Source of the DNA: Pristiophorus japonicus
Taxonomy: Eukaryota
Direction of reading: 5' to 3'
Assembly: GCF_044704955.1 (NCBI RefSeq)
Contig: NC_092008.1
Span: 2,356,001 to 2,420,000 of the forward strand
Length of the DNA stretch: 64,000 nt
Shown: piece by piece, positions 26,184 through 38,409 of the stretch
Layout of the letters: every line of letters starts with the position of its first letter
Position numbering within the stretch: position 1 is the stretch's first letter
Program-made: the position numbers and the translations under genes
Notes under the pieces: generated by a model
Seen by the model: the letters and a program-made list of their open reading frames with translations, nothing else
Databases searched by the model: none
What the model was told of the DNA's origin: nothing

Positions 26184-26256
26184 ATGCCGGCTTGCTCCCG
26201 ATGGACCGCCCTGGTGGCGATGGTGACTGTCGTGGTCGCGGTGGAGGGCTGGAGCG
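26184..26256 (+). CDS. WB: WB exon 1, signal peptide
   Basis: MPACSRWTALVAMVTVVVAVEGWS+G, gtaagt donor; 73 nt. Confidence 0.85.
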
Positions 26257-29200
26257 GTAAGTGGCTTCATTAACCCTCGCTCGCATCAACCTTCTGTCCC
26301 ACTGCCGATCCAGCGAGGGGCAGCCCCATCGTATCGCGGGGATTACCGACTGAAAACCTGCCAGTGTCGGTTTTTTAAACATTCCTTCACGGGATGTGGG
26401 CGTCGCTGGCCAAGGCCGGCATTTATTGCCCGTCCCCTAATCGCCCCTTGAGAAGGTGGTGGTGAGCCCCCTTCTTGAACCGCTGCAGTCCGTGTGGTGA
26501 AGGTGCTCCCACAGTGCTGTTAGGGAGGGAGTTCCAGGATTGGGACCCAGCGACGATGGAGGAACGGCCGATATATTTCCAAGTCGAGGGACGGTGTGTG
26601 TGTGACTGGGAGGGGAACGTGGAGGGGGTGGTGTTCCCATGGACCTGCTGCCCTTGACCTTCTAGGCGGGTAGAGGTCGCGGGTTCGGGAGGTGCTGCCG
26701 AAGAAGCCTTGGCGAGTTGCCGCGGTGCATCTTGTGGACGGTGCACACTGCAGCCACGGTGCGCCGGTGGTGGAGGGAGTGAGTGTTGGAGGTGGTGGAG
26801 GGAGTGAGTGTTGGAGGTGGTGGAGGGAGTGAGTGTTGGAGGTGGTGGAGGGAGTGAGTGTTGGAGGTGGTGAAGGGAGTGAGTGTTGGAGGTGGTGGAG
26901 GGAGGGAGTGTTGGAGGTGGTGGAGGGAGTGAGTGTTGGAGGTGGTGGAGGGAGGGAGTGTTGGAGGTGGTGGAGGGAGTGAGTGTTGGAGGTGGTGGAG
27001 GGAGTGAGTGTTGGAGGTGGTGGGGAGCGTGGCCCATCGAGCGGGGCTGCTTTGTCCTGGATGGTGTCGAGCGTCTCGAGTGTTGTTGGAGCTGCACCAC
27101 CCAGGCAAGTGGGGAGTGTTCCATCACACTCCTGACCTGTGGGTTGTCGATGGTGGAGAGGCTTTGGGGAGTTCAGGAGGTGAGACACTGGCCGCAGAAT
27201 ACCCAGCCTCTGACCCGCTCTTGTGGCCACAGTATTTATGTGTCTGGTCCAGTGAAGTTTCTGGTCAATGGTGACCCCCAGGATGTGGATGGCGGGGGGA
27301 TTGGGCGATGGGAATGCCGGTGAATGTCAAGGGGGCGGTGGTTAGACTCTCGCTTGTTGCCGATGGCCTGGCACTTGTGTGGCACGAGACGCGAAGCCAT
27401 TACAGGCGATTCTGCGACTGGATTGGTAAGAATGGCGGCGGCCGTTTGCAAGCAGCAGAAGACGGTAGCCAACATTTGAAGCTTGCTTACGAGCCAGGAG
27501 ATGCTGGCTCACCTCCAACAGTCCAAGGGAGACGTTTATTGAACCGTAAACCAGGCACAAACAGAGCCCAAAAAACAGCCTTTGCAAACGAGTGTTTCTT
27601 TATCAAATGTAGTTAGTGTTGGGTTCACTCAATTGCCTCCCTGGAGCGAAAAGATTACGGCCAAAACCACGAGGGGGGTGGAAGAGAGTAAGATCGAGGG
27701 AGACTGTTCCCGTTGGTGGAAGGGTGGAGAACCAGAGGGACGCAGATTTAAGGCGATCAGCAGAAAGGCCACACCAGGAACAACTTGTTTTCCGCAGCGA
27801 GTGGGGTTAGGGTCGCGCTGCCTGAGAGGGCGACGGAGGGCAGACTCAATCGCGGCTTTCAAACGGGAATTGGATAATAAGCAGGGCTCCGGGGAAAGGG
27901 CGGGGGAGTGGGTCCGGGCGAGAGTGGGTCCGGGCGAGAGGGGCCAAATGGCCTCCGACTGTGCTGTGAGCATTGTGTGATTCGGCGACAACAACAATGC
28001 ATTTATATAGCACCTTTATCGTAGTGAAACGTGCCAAGGCGATCCACAGGAGCGATTATCAGACAGGAAATTTGACACCGAGCCACACAAGGAGAAATTC
28101 AGGGCAGGCGACCAAAAGCTGGGTCACGGAGGGAGGTTTTAAGCTGCGTCTTAAAGGAGCAGGAGAGAGAGGTGGGGAGGTTTAGGGAGGGAGTTTCAGA
28201 GCTTGGTGCCCAGACAACAGAAGGCACGGCCACCGATGGTGGAGCGATTATAATCAGGGATGCACAGGAGGGCAGAATTAGAGAGGCGCAGACATCTCGG
28301 GGGGTTGTGGGGCTGGAGGAGGTTACAGAGATAGGGAGGGGTGTAGGGGCTGGAGGAGGTTACAGAGAGAGGGAGGGGTGTAAGGGCTGGAGGGGGTTAC
28401 AGAGATAGAGAGGGGTGTAGAGCTGGAGGAGGTCACAGAGATAGGGAGGGGTGTAGGGGCTGGAGGAGGTAACAGAGAAAGGGAGGGATCTAGGGGCTGG
28501 AGGGGGTTACATAGATAGGGAGGGGTGTAGGGCTAGAGGGGGTTACAGAGATAGGGAGTGGAGTAGGGGCTAGAGGGGGTTACAGAGATAGGGAGGGGTG
28601 TAGGGGCTGGAGGGGGTTACAGAGATAGGTAGGGGTGTAGGGGCTAGAGGGGGTTACAGAGGTAGGATAGAGGTGTAGGGGCTGGAGGAGGTTACAGAGA
28701 AAGGGAGGGGTGTAGGGGCTGGAGGAGGTTACAGAGATAGGGAGGGGTGTAGGGGCTGGAGGAAGTTACAGAGATAGGGAGGGCTGTAGGGGCCGGAGGA
28801 GGTTACAGAGATAGGGAGGGATGTAGGGGCCGGAGGAGGTTACAGAGATAGGGAGGGGTGTAGGGGCTGGAGGAGGTTACAGAGATAGGGAGGGGTGTAG
28901 GGGCTGGAGGAGGTTACAGAGATAGGGAGGGGTGTAGGGGCTGGAGGAGGTTACAGAGAAAGGGAGGGATCTAGGGGCTGGAGGGGGTTACATAGATAGG
29001 GAGGGGTGTAGGGCTAGAGGGGGTTACAGAGATAGGGAGTGGAGTAGGGGCTAGAGGGGGTTACAGAGATAGGGAGGGGTGTAGGGGCTGGAGGGAGTTA
29101 CAGAGATAGGGAGGGGTGTAGGGGCTAGAGGGGGTTACAGAGGTAGGATAGAGGTGTAGGGGCTGGAGGAGGTTACAGAGATAGGGAGGGGTATAGGGGC

Positions 29201-32200
29201 TGGAGGAGGTTACAGAGAAAGGGAGGGGTGTAGGGGCTGGAGGAAGTTACAGAGATAGGGAGGGCTGTAGGGGTCGGAGGAGGTTACAGAGATAGGGAGG
29301 GGTGTAGGGGCTGGAGAGGGTTACAGAGATAGGGAGGGATGTAGGGGCCGGAGGAGGTTACAGAGATAGGGAGGGATGTAGGGGCTGGAGGAGGTTACAG
29401 AGATAGGGAGGGGTGTAGGGGCTGGAGGAGGTTACAGAGATAGGGAGGGGTGTAGGGGCTGGAGGGATTTGTAAATATGTATGAGAATTTTGAAATCGAG
29501 GCGTTGCTTACCCGGGAGCCAATGGCTGGGTGCTCTTTGCCTTTCTGTCATTGTTCATGGGTTTGTATGTAACATTCAGGCTGCTGACCGAGGGCCGTGT
29601 GGCTCTTTGTCGGCCGGCGCGGACACGAGGGGCTGAACGGCCCCCTCCTGTCCCTAATGTAACAGGCTCGAGGGGCTGAATGGCCTCCTCCTGTCCCTAA
29701 TGTAACAGGCTCGAGGGGCTGAATGGCCTCCTCCTGTCCCTAATGTAACAGGCTCGAGGGGCTGAATGGCCTCCTCCTGTCCCTAATGTAACAGGCTCGA
29801 GGGGCTGAACGGCCTCCTCCTGTCCCTAATGTAACAGGCTCGAGGGGCTGAACGGCCTCCTCCTGTCCCTAATGTAACAGGCTCGAGGGGCTGAACGGCC
29901 TCCTCCTGTTCCTAATGTAACAGGCTCGAGGGGCTGAACGGCCTCCTCCTGTTCCTAATGTAACAGGCTCGAGGGGCTGAACGGCCCCCTCCTGTCCCTA
30001 ATGTAACAGGCTCGAGGGGCTGAACGGCCTCCTCCTGTCCCTAATGTAACAGGCTCGAGGGGCTGAACGGCCTCCTCCTGTCCCTAATGTAACAGGCTCG
30101 AGGGGCTGAGCGGCCTCCTCCTGTCCCTAATGTAACAGGCTCGAGGGGCTGAACGGCCTCCTCCTGTCCCTAATGTAACAGGCTCGAGGGGCTGAACGGC
30201 CTCCTCCTGTCCCTAATGTAACAGGCTCGAGGGGCTGAACGGCCTCCTCCTGTCCCTAATGTAACAGGCTCGAGGGGCTGAACGGCCCCCTCCTGTTCCT
30301 AATGTAACAGGCTCGAGGGGCTGAACGGCCCTCTCCTGCTCCTATTTCTGATGTCCGTATGTATCTTTGATTTTCAGATCTGCACCTGTATCAGACGCAC
30401 TGTGGATGCCTGTATCGAGCCAATAAACTGGCCAATGTGTTTTGGCAAGATGCTTTCGACGGCAGAGAACTGCTCCGCTGGGATCCAGTGAATAAACGAC
30501 TGGTGGCCAGTCAGCCTGTTGCACAGCCCGAGGTAAGTAGGAGGAACTCGGACGTGGATTACCTCGAGTCTGTCCCTCACTTTATTCAGCACCTCTGTGA
30601 GAAAACAAAGCAAGCAGCAATATCGAGCAACACCTCGCTGGCAAATATTGGTAAGGTCATTTTCTAAACATAGCCACTTACACTCGCGAAATCGCCCAAA
30701 CGCTCAGCCCTGGCTCAGTGGGCAGCAGCTTCGCATCTGAGCCACAAGGTGGTGGGTTAAAGACCCCACTTTATAGACATGAGTGTCGCACTGTCGGAGG
30801 GCCGGTACTGAGGGAGTGCCGCACTGCGCTGTCGGAGGGGCGGTACTGAGGGAGCGCCGCACTGCGCTGTCGGAGGGGCGGTACTGAGGGAGTGCCGCAC
30901 TGTCGGAGGGGCAGTACTGAGGGAGCCCCGCACTGTCGGAGGGCCGGTACTGAGGGAGTGCCGCACTGTCGGAGGGCCGGTACTGAGGGAGTGCCGCACT
31001 GTCGGAGGGGCGGTACCGAGGGAGCGCCGCACTGCGCTGTCGGAGGGGCGGTACTGAGGGAGCGCCGCACTGCGCTGTCGGAGGGGCGGTACTGAGGGAG
31101 CCCCGCACTGTCGGAGGGGCGGTACTGAGGGAGCGCCGCACTGCGCTGTCGGAGGGGCGGTACTGAGGGAGCCCCGCACTGTCGGAGGGCCGGTACTGAG
31201 GGAGTGCCGCACTGTCGGAGGGGCAGTACTGAGGGAGCCCCGCACTGTCGGAGGGCCGGTACTGAGGGAGTGCCGCACTGTCGGAGGGGCAGTACTGAGG
31301 GAGCCCCGCACTGTCGGAGGGCCGGTACTGAGGGAGTGCCGCACTGTCGGAGGGCCGGTACTGAGGGAGTGCCACCCTGTCGGAGGGGCAGTACTGACGG
31401 AGTGCCGCACTGTCGGAGGGGCAGTACCGAGGGAGCGCCGCACTGCGCTGTCGGAGGGGCGGTATTGAGGGAGCGCCGCACTGCGCTGTCGGAGGGGCGG
31501 TACTGAGGGAGCCCCGCACTGTCGGAGGGGCGGTACTGAGGGAGCGCCGCACTGCGCTGTCGGAGGGGCGGTACTGAGGGAGCACAGCACTGTCGGAGGG
31601 GCGGTACTGAGGGAGTGCCGCACTGTCGGAGGGGCAGTACTGAGGGAGTGCCGCACTGTCGGAGGGGCGGTACTGAGGGAGTGCCCCACTGTCGGAGGGG
31701 CGGTACTGAGGGAGCGCCGCACTGTCGGAGGGGCGGTACTGAGGGAGCGCCGCACTGTCGGAGAGGCGGTACTGAGGGAGCTCCATCTACACTGTCCCCA
31801 TCAAACACTCCCAGGACAGGTACAGGGGGTTAGATACAGAGTAAAGCTCCCTCTACACGGCCCACGGTATAACCTGCTGTCTGTTTTCACAGCTCCCACG
31901 TCCATCAACACCTTTGTTCGGACGGAAGGCGGGCGGGATTATTTGGTGTGCTTGGCGACGGACTTCTTTCCCCGTGAGATTGACCTGAGCTGGGTCAGAG
32001 ACGGGGGAGGTGTTGTCCAGGGAGCAGCCAGGACTCAGGTGGTACCTCAAAGGGATGGGACCTTTCAGGCCTGGAGTGTCCTGCCCTTGGCCGGAGGTGT
32101 TCACCGTTCGACCTCCTGTCAAGTGGAACACGCGGCCATCAACGGCAAACTCGTGGTGCAACTCGGTAAGTTCAGCAACTCGGGGAAGCTCAGACACAGA

Positions 32201-35200
32201 GGTCGCCGTAAGACCCAACCGTGATATCTCTAACACCCCAAACACACAACACACGCTGTAAATGGCCCCGAGCAGAACTGTATCACATGACCTTGACACA
32301 TGACCTGTTATTGTCACTGCATCAGTAGTAGTTATTACATCAGAAGTCCATTACACTTTCTCCCTCCTTATTGAAGAAATAATCATCACAGAGGATGTAA
32401 TGAACAGGGTGGATAAAGGGGAACCAGTGGATGTGGTGTATTTGGATTTCCAGAAGTCATTTGACAAGGTGCCACATAAAAGGTTACAGCACAAGATAAA
32501 AGTTCACGGGGTTGAGGGTAATATATTAGCATGGATAGAGGATTGGCTAACGAACAGAAAACAGAGAGTCGGGATAAATGGGTCATTCTCTGGTTGGCAA
32601 CCAGTAACTAGTGGGGTGCCACAGGGATCAGTGCTGGGTCCCCAACTATTTACAATCTATATTAACGACTTGGAAGAAGGGACTGAGTGTAACGTGGCCA
32701 AGTTTGCTGACGATACAAAGATGGGAGGAAAAGCAATGTGTGAGGAGGACACAAAAAATCTGCAAAAGGACACAGACAGGCTCAGTGAGTGGGCAAAACA
32801 TTTGGCAGATGGAGCATAATGTGGGAAAGTGTGAGGTCGTTCACTTTGGCAGAAAAAAAAATCAAAGAGCAAGTTATTATTTAAATGGAGAAAGATTGCA
32901 AAGTGCCGCAGTACAGCGGGACCTGGGGGTTACTTGTACATGGAACACAAAAGGATAGTATGCAGGTACAGCAAGTGATCAGGAAGGGCCAATGGTATCT
33001 TGGCCTTTATTGCAAAGGGGATGGAGTATAAAAGCAGGGAAGTCTTGCTCCAGTTATACATTGAATGGCGGTGCAGGCTCGAGGGGCCGAATGGCCTACT
33101 GATCCTATTCTCGGACACCACCCGGTTCGGGTTCCCATCAGCGGGGAACTTCAGCGATACTGTTCTTGCGGTGAACAGCTGGCCCAGTAACTGTGCTCTC
33201 TTCAGATCGGAACAGGAATGCTGAGAATGAAACTTTGATCACCATCGGAGCTGTGCTGGGGATACTGGGACTGAGCGCTGCTGTGGTGACCACGATCGTG
33301 TATCACTGCGCCATCAACCGTAAGCACCTTGCGCCCGTTACCAACGATCGTTAATGTCGCGGGTTTAATTGGGGGTCTGATGCGATGGCGCCTTTCGTGC
33401 TGACTTTAGGGGAGAGCACAAATGTGTTTCCACTCACTGCCTGTGTTTCTGGTGCGTGTAAAAATGGGGCTTTCAGTATGTCGAGGGGGAATGTTCTTTT
33501 ACTGTTGGTTCCCGGGGCTGTGGGCGTCACTGGCAAGGCCGGCATTTATTGCCCGTCCGCTAATCGCCCGCGAGAAGGTGGCGCTGACCCTTATACAACT
33601 GAGGGGCTCGCTGGGCCAGATCAGAGGGCAGTTACAAGTCACGCACACATTGCTGTGGGCCTGGACTCGCATAGCGGCCAGACCGGGTAAGGGCGGTAGA
33701 TTTCCTTCCCTGAAGGACACATCACTGAACCCGATGGGTTTTAACGGCAAGTTCCGTTACCGTCAGAGCTGTTCAATTGAGTTCAAATTCCCCAGCCGCC
33801 CTGAACTGGTGTCCCTGGATCGTTAGTCCAGGGCTCAGGATTCCTGGCCCAGTAATATACCCACCGTCATCATCGGCAGTCCCTCGGGATCGAGGAAGAC
33901 TTGTTTCCACTCCTAACACGAGTCCTTAGGTGGCTGAACAGTCCAATACGGGAGCCACAGTCCCTGTCACAGGTGGGACAGACAGTGGTTGAGGGAAGGG
34001 GAGGGTGGGACTGGTTTGCCGCACGGTCCTTCCGCTGCCTGCGCTTGGTTTCTGCACGCTCTCGGCGACGAGACTCGAGGTGCTCAGCGCCCTCCCGGAT
34101 GCACTTCCCTCCACTGAGGGCGGGACTGGTCTTTGGGCCCAGGGACTCCCAGGTGTCGTTGGGGATGTTGCACTTTATCAGGGAGGCTTTGAGGGTGGTC
34201 CCTGTAACGTTTCCTCTGCCCACCTTTGGCTCGTTTGCCCGTGAAGGAGTTCCGAGTAGAGCGCTTGCTTTGGGAGTCTCGTGTCTGGGGGACATGCGGA
34301 CAATGTGGCCCTGCCCAGCGGAGCAGGTTGAGTGTACATAACCACTGTGCTACCACACCCCACAGGACAAGGGATGGGTTAACGAAAGGAGATAGTCAAA
34401 ATAAACGGGATCTTTAAACAGATACGCTTTGAAATTAAAGTTTGAGGTATGACGGAGTAAAGGTGTGTCAGTCTGGCTCAGTGGGCAGCTCCCTCGCCTC
34501 AGCGTCAGAAGGTCGTGGGGTCAAGTCCCACTCCAGGAACTCGAGTACAGAATCCAGGCTGACCCTCCCAGTGCAGTACTGAGGGAGTGCCGCAGTGTCG
34601 GAGGGGCAGTACTGAGGAGCGCTGCAGTGTTGGAGAGGCAGTACTGAGGGAGTGCCGCACTGTCGAAGGGGCGGTACTGAGGGAGTGCCGCAGTGTCGGA
34701 GGGGCAGTACTGAGGAGCGCTGCACTGTCGAAGGGGCGGTACTGAGGGAGTGCCGCACTGTCGGAGGGACGGTACTGAGGGAGTGCCGCACTGTCGGAGG
34801 GGCAGTACTGAGGGAGTGCCGCACTGTCGGAGGGGCGTTACTGAGGGAGCGCCGCACTGTCGGAGGGGCAGTACTGAGGAGCGCTGCACTGTCGAAGGGG
34901 CGGTACTGAGGGAGTGCCGCACTGTCGGAGGGGCAGTACTGAGGGAGTGCCGCACTGTCGGAGGGACGGTACTGAGGGAGTGCCGCACTGTCGGAGGGGC
35001 GTTACTGAGGGAGCGCCGCACTGTCGGAGGGGCAGAACTGAGGGAGTGCCGCACTGTCGGAGGTGCGGTACTGAGGGAGCGCCGCACTGTCGAAGGGGCA
35101 GTACTGAGGGAGTGCAGCACTGTCGGAGGGGCAGTACTGAGGGAGCGCCGTACTGTCGGAGGGGCGGTGCTGAGGGATTGCCGCAGTATCGGAGGGGCGG

Positions 35201-38200
35201 TACTGAGGGAGCGTCGCACTGTCGGAGGGGCGGTACTGAGGGAGTGCCGCACTGTCGGAGGGGCAGTACTGAGGGAGTGCCGCACTGTCGGAGGGGCAGT
35301 ACTGAGGGAGCGCCGCACTGTCGGAGGTGCCGTATTTCGGATGAGACATTAAACCGAGTCCCGTCTGCCCTCTCGGGTGGATGTAAAAGATCCCGGGGCC
35401 ACTATTGGAAGAAGAGCAGGGGGAGTTCTCCCCGGTGTCCTGGGGCCAATATTTATCCCTCGACCAACATCACTAAAACAGACGATCTGGGTCATTATCA
35501 CATCACTGTGTGTGGGAGCTTGCTGTGCGCAAATTGGCGTTTCCCACATTGCAACAGCGAGCGCACTCCGATAGTACCTCATTGGCTGTGAGGCGGTTTG
35601 GGACGTCCTGAGAGGGTGTTAGGCGCTATATAAATGCTTCATTCTTCTTTCAAAGACTTCACCAGTTTAAATGATAATNNNNNNNNNNNNNNNNNNNNNN
35701 NNNNNNNNNNNNNNNNNNNNNNNNNNNNNNNNNNNNNNNNNNNNNNNNNNNNNNNNNNNNNNNNNNNNNNNNNNNNNNNNNNNNNNNNNNNNNNNNNNNN
35801 NNNNNNNNNNNNNNNNNNNNNNNNNNNNNNNNNGAGAGCGAGGAGGCGATGGAGCAGAGGAGGAGATTAAAAGCCGGTGAAATAAAAGAGGGAGGGGGAG
35901 GGTACATTTGAAAGACGCCCGTCCCTGGGATTGATGACAAACTGCTCACCGTACCTTTCTCATTCCAGGTTGCAAACGCTCCAAGATCCAGTCGACGGGT
36001 GAGATGCACAGTCCTTTAACTCTGAATCATTTTGGGGCCAGGGGGGGTATATTTTGGGGTGGAGAGGGTTAACAGTTTGCCGATCCTTCTCGTTGCAGCC
36101 AAGTTCACGAGGCGTACGGGACCATGTGGATCGAATCCCTGCCAGGCCAGTGTGCGGAGCAGTGAATCCAACACCTCCAACTCCAGCGGCTCCTCGGGTA
36201 AGGGAGGTATTCGTAAACCGTGTCACTGATCAACAGCGGCACAATTCGGGGCAGGAGGGGGGTCACTCGGTCCCTCGAGCCTGTTACATTAGGGACAGGA
36301 GGGGGCCGTTCAGCCCCTCGAGCCTGTTACATTAGGAACAGGAGGAGGCCGTTCAGCCCCTCGAGCCTGTTACATTAGGGACAGGAGGAGGCCGTTCAGC
36401 CCCTCGAGTCTGTTACATTAGGGACAGGAGGAGGCCGTTCAGCCCCTCGAGTCTGTTACATTAGGGACAGGAGGAGGCCGTTCAGCCCCTCGAGTCTGTT
36501 ACATTAGGGACAGGAGGAGGCCGTTCAGCCCCTCGAGCCTGTTACATTAGGGACAGGAGGAGGCCGTTCAGCCCCTCGAGTCTGTTACATTAGGGACAGG
36601 AGGAGGCCGTTCAGCCCCTCGAGTCTGTTACATTAGGGACAGGAGGAGGCCGTTCAGCCCCTCGAGTCTGTTACATTAGGGACAGGAGGAGGCCGTTCAG
36701 CCCCTCGAGCCTGTTACATTAGGAACAGGAGGAGGCCGTTCAGCCCCTCGAGCCTGTTACATTAGGGACAGGAGGAGGCCGTTCAGCCCCTCGAGCCTGT
36801 TACATTAGGGACAGGAGGAGGCCGTTCAGCCCCTCGAGCCTGTTACATTAGGGACAGGAGGAGGCCGTTCAGCCCCTCGAGCCTGTTACATTAGGAACAG
36901 GAGGAGGCCGTTCAGCCCCTCGAGCCTGTTACATTAGGGACAGGAGGCGGCCGTTCAGCCCCTCGAGCCTGTTACATTAGGGACAGGAGGAGGCCGTTCA
37001 GCCCCTCGAGCCTGTTACATTAGGGACAGGAGGAGGCCGTTCAGCCCCTCGAGCCTGTTACATTAGGGACAGGAGGAGGCCGTTCAGCCCCTCGAGCCTG
37101 TTACATTAGGGACAGGAGGGGGCCGTTCAGCCCCTCGAGCCTGTTACACTAGGGACAGGAGGAGGCCGTTCAGCCCCTCGAGCCTGTTACATTAGGAACA
37201 GGAGGAGGCCGTTCAGCCCCTCGAGCCTGTTACATTAGGGACAGGAGGAGGCCGTTCAGCCCCTCGAGCCTGTTGCATTCGGGACAGGAGGAGGCCGTTC
37301 AGCCCCTCGAGCCTGTTGCATTCGGGACAGGAGGAGGCCGTTCAGCCCCTCGAGCCTGTTACATTAGGGACAGGAGGAGGCTTTTCAGCCCCTCGAGTTT
37401 GTTACATTAGGGACAGTAGGAGGCCGTTCAGCCCCTCGAGCCTGTTACATTAGGAACAGGAGGAGGCCGTTCAGCCCCTCGAGCCTGTTACATTAGGGAC
37501 AGGAGGAGGCCGTTCAGCCCCTCGAGCCTGTTACATTAGGGACAGGAGGAGGCCATTCAGCCCCTCGAGCCTGTCGGAGTGGCGGTACTGAGGGAGCACC
37601 GCACTGTCGGAGGGGCAGTACTGAGGGAGCGCCGCACTGTCGGAGGGGCGGTACTGAGGGAGTGCCGCACTGTCGGAGGGGCGGTACTGAGGGAGTGCCG
37701 CACTGTCGGAGGGGCTGTATTTCGGATGAGACATTAAACCGAGGCCCCGTCTGCCCTCTCGGGTGGATGTAAAAGATCCCGGGGCCACTATTGGAAGAAG
37801 AGCAGGGGGAGTTCTCCCCGGTGTCCTGGGGCCAATATTTATCCCTCGACCAACAGACGATCTGGGTCTTTATCACGTCTCTGAGTGTGGGATCTTGCTG
37901 TGCACAAGTTGGCTGCCGCGATGACATCAGTGAGCGCACTTCAAAGGGTACTTCATTGGCTGTGAGGCACTTTGAGACGTCCGGTGGACGTGAAAGGCGC
38001 TATCTAAATGCAAGTCCTTTCATTATCTCAATAAACCTCGATCGATCGGACGAGGGTCTGGGGTTAGGGGGGGGGTGGGGAGAGGTTGCGGGGGAGGGGG
38101 TGAATAAGGAAATAACCGTTGTATCTGTCCAGCTCGTTGGACGACAATCCAAGGCCTGAGCTTCGAGGCGGATGAACTGACAATTTATTCTCTTCCCTTT

Positions 38201-38232
38201 CAGCCGAGGGGTTAACGAAATCCACCGCCTGA
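26184..38232 (+). CDS. WB: MHC W-category beta chain WB (whole gene; exons 26184-26256, 30378-30650, 31893-32165, 33206-33319, 35969-35998, 36099-36197, 38204-38232; 891 nt, 296 aa)
   Basis: All junctions GT-AG and phase 1; leader, beta1 with class I alpha2 motifs, beta2 with class I alpha3 motif, GxxxGxxG TM, three tail exons. Head-to-head with WA-1. An N gap lies in intron 4. Confidence 0.85.
26380..27385 (-). mobile_element. CR1/L2-group LINE fragment with expanded 25-bp repeat
   Basis: Same family as 2678-3250; tandem ggtggtggagggagtgagtgttgga. Confidence 0.75.
27995..30345. repeat. L2-like end with 37-bp array (28300-29465) followed by a 43-bp array (29628-30340), WB intron 1
   Basis: Direct reading. 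Confidence 0.9.
30378..30650 (+). CDS. WB: WB exon 2, beta1 groove domain
   Basis: ttttcag acceptor, 273 nt: DLHLYQTHCGCLYRANKLANVFWQDAFDGRELLRWDPVNKRLVASQPVAQPEVSRRNSDVDYLESVPHFIQHLCEKTKQAAISSNTSLANI; C11-C74 spacing equals class I C101-C164; gtaagg donor. Confidence 0.92.
30708..31782 (+). repeat. SINE head plus 33-bp array, WB intron 2
   Basis: tggctcagtggg A-box-like head, then tandem 33-mers. Confidence 0.85.
31893..32165 (+). CDS. WB: WB exon 3, beta2 C1-set Ig domain
   Basis: 273 nt: APTSINTFVRTEGGRDYLVCLATDFFPREIDLSWVRDG...VVPQRDGTFQAWSVL...TSCQVEHAAINGKLVVQL; gtaagt donor. Confidence 0.95.
32385..33105 (+). mobile_element. CR1 reverse-transcriptase fragment
   Basis: [31 protein letters not shown]. 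Confidence 0.95.
33206..33319 (+). CDS. WB: WB exon 4, connecting peptide/TM
   Basis: ctctcttcag acceptor; DRNRNAENETLITIGAVLGILGLSAAVVTTIVYHCAIN; gtaagc donor. Confidence 0.9.
33866..34325 (-). mobile_element. RTE LINE 3' fragment
   Basis: Zinc-finger end and tail. Confidence 0.85.
34465..35650 (+). mobile_element. Full-length tRNA-headed Deu-type SINE with internal 33-bp expansion
   Basis: A box tggctcagtgg, B-box-like ggtcaagtccc, 33-bp array, Deu-like core, gctatataaatgc tail. Confidence 0.8.
35679..35833. other. Assembly gap (155 N) in WB intron 4
   Basis: Run of N. Confidence 1.
35969..35998 (+). CDS. WB: WB exon 5, cytoplasmic
   Basis: ctttctcattccag acceptor, 30 nt (R)CKRSKIQST, gtgaga donor; phase 1-1. 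Confidence 0.7.
36099..36197 (+). CDS. WB: WB exon 6, cytoplasmic Ser-rich
   Basis: ccttctcgttgcag acceptor, 99 nt AKFTRRTGPCGSNPCQASVRSSESNTSNSSGSS, gtaagg donor. Confidence 0.72.
36272..38020. repeat. 43-bp array (36272-37572) followed by a SINE body
   Basis: Direct reading. Confidence 0.9.
38204..38232 (+). CDS. WB: WB exon 7, C-terminus and stop
   Basis: tctcttccctttcag acceptor; AEGLTKSTA*; G|gtaatg donor 1 nt after the stop. Confidence 0.65.
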
Positions 38233-38409
38233 GGTAATGGTTCCGTCACGTATGGCCACGGTTACCACGGTGATGTCTGTAAGCGAGGAGGGGGGGGAAC
38301 GGGAGTGTGGGCTGTCCACGAGGGTCCCGGAAATCTCCGGGGCAGACCGACAATCCCAGAACGGTTCTGGACAACGAGCGGGGGTTCGATAAACCCCCTG
38401 CACCCCCTG

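Noticed and set aside
26184-38232. Calling WA/WB conventional class II (DAA/DAB) or DM
   Set aside because: Beta2 lacks the NGDW Trp, beta1 lacks W61/H81/N82, and alpha2 has the beta2m-type Trp.
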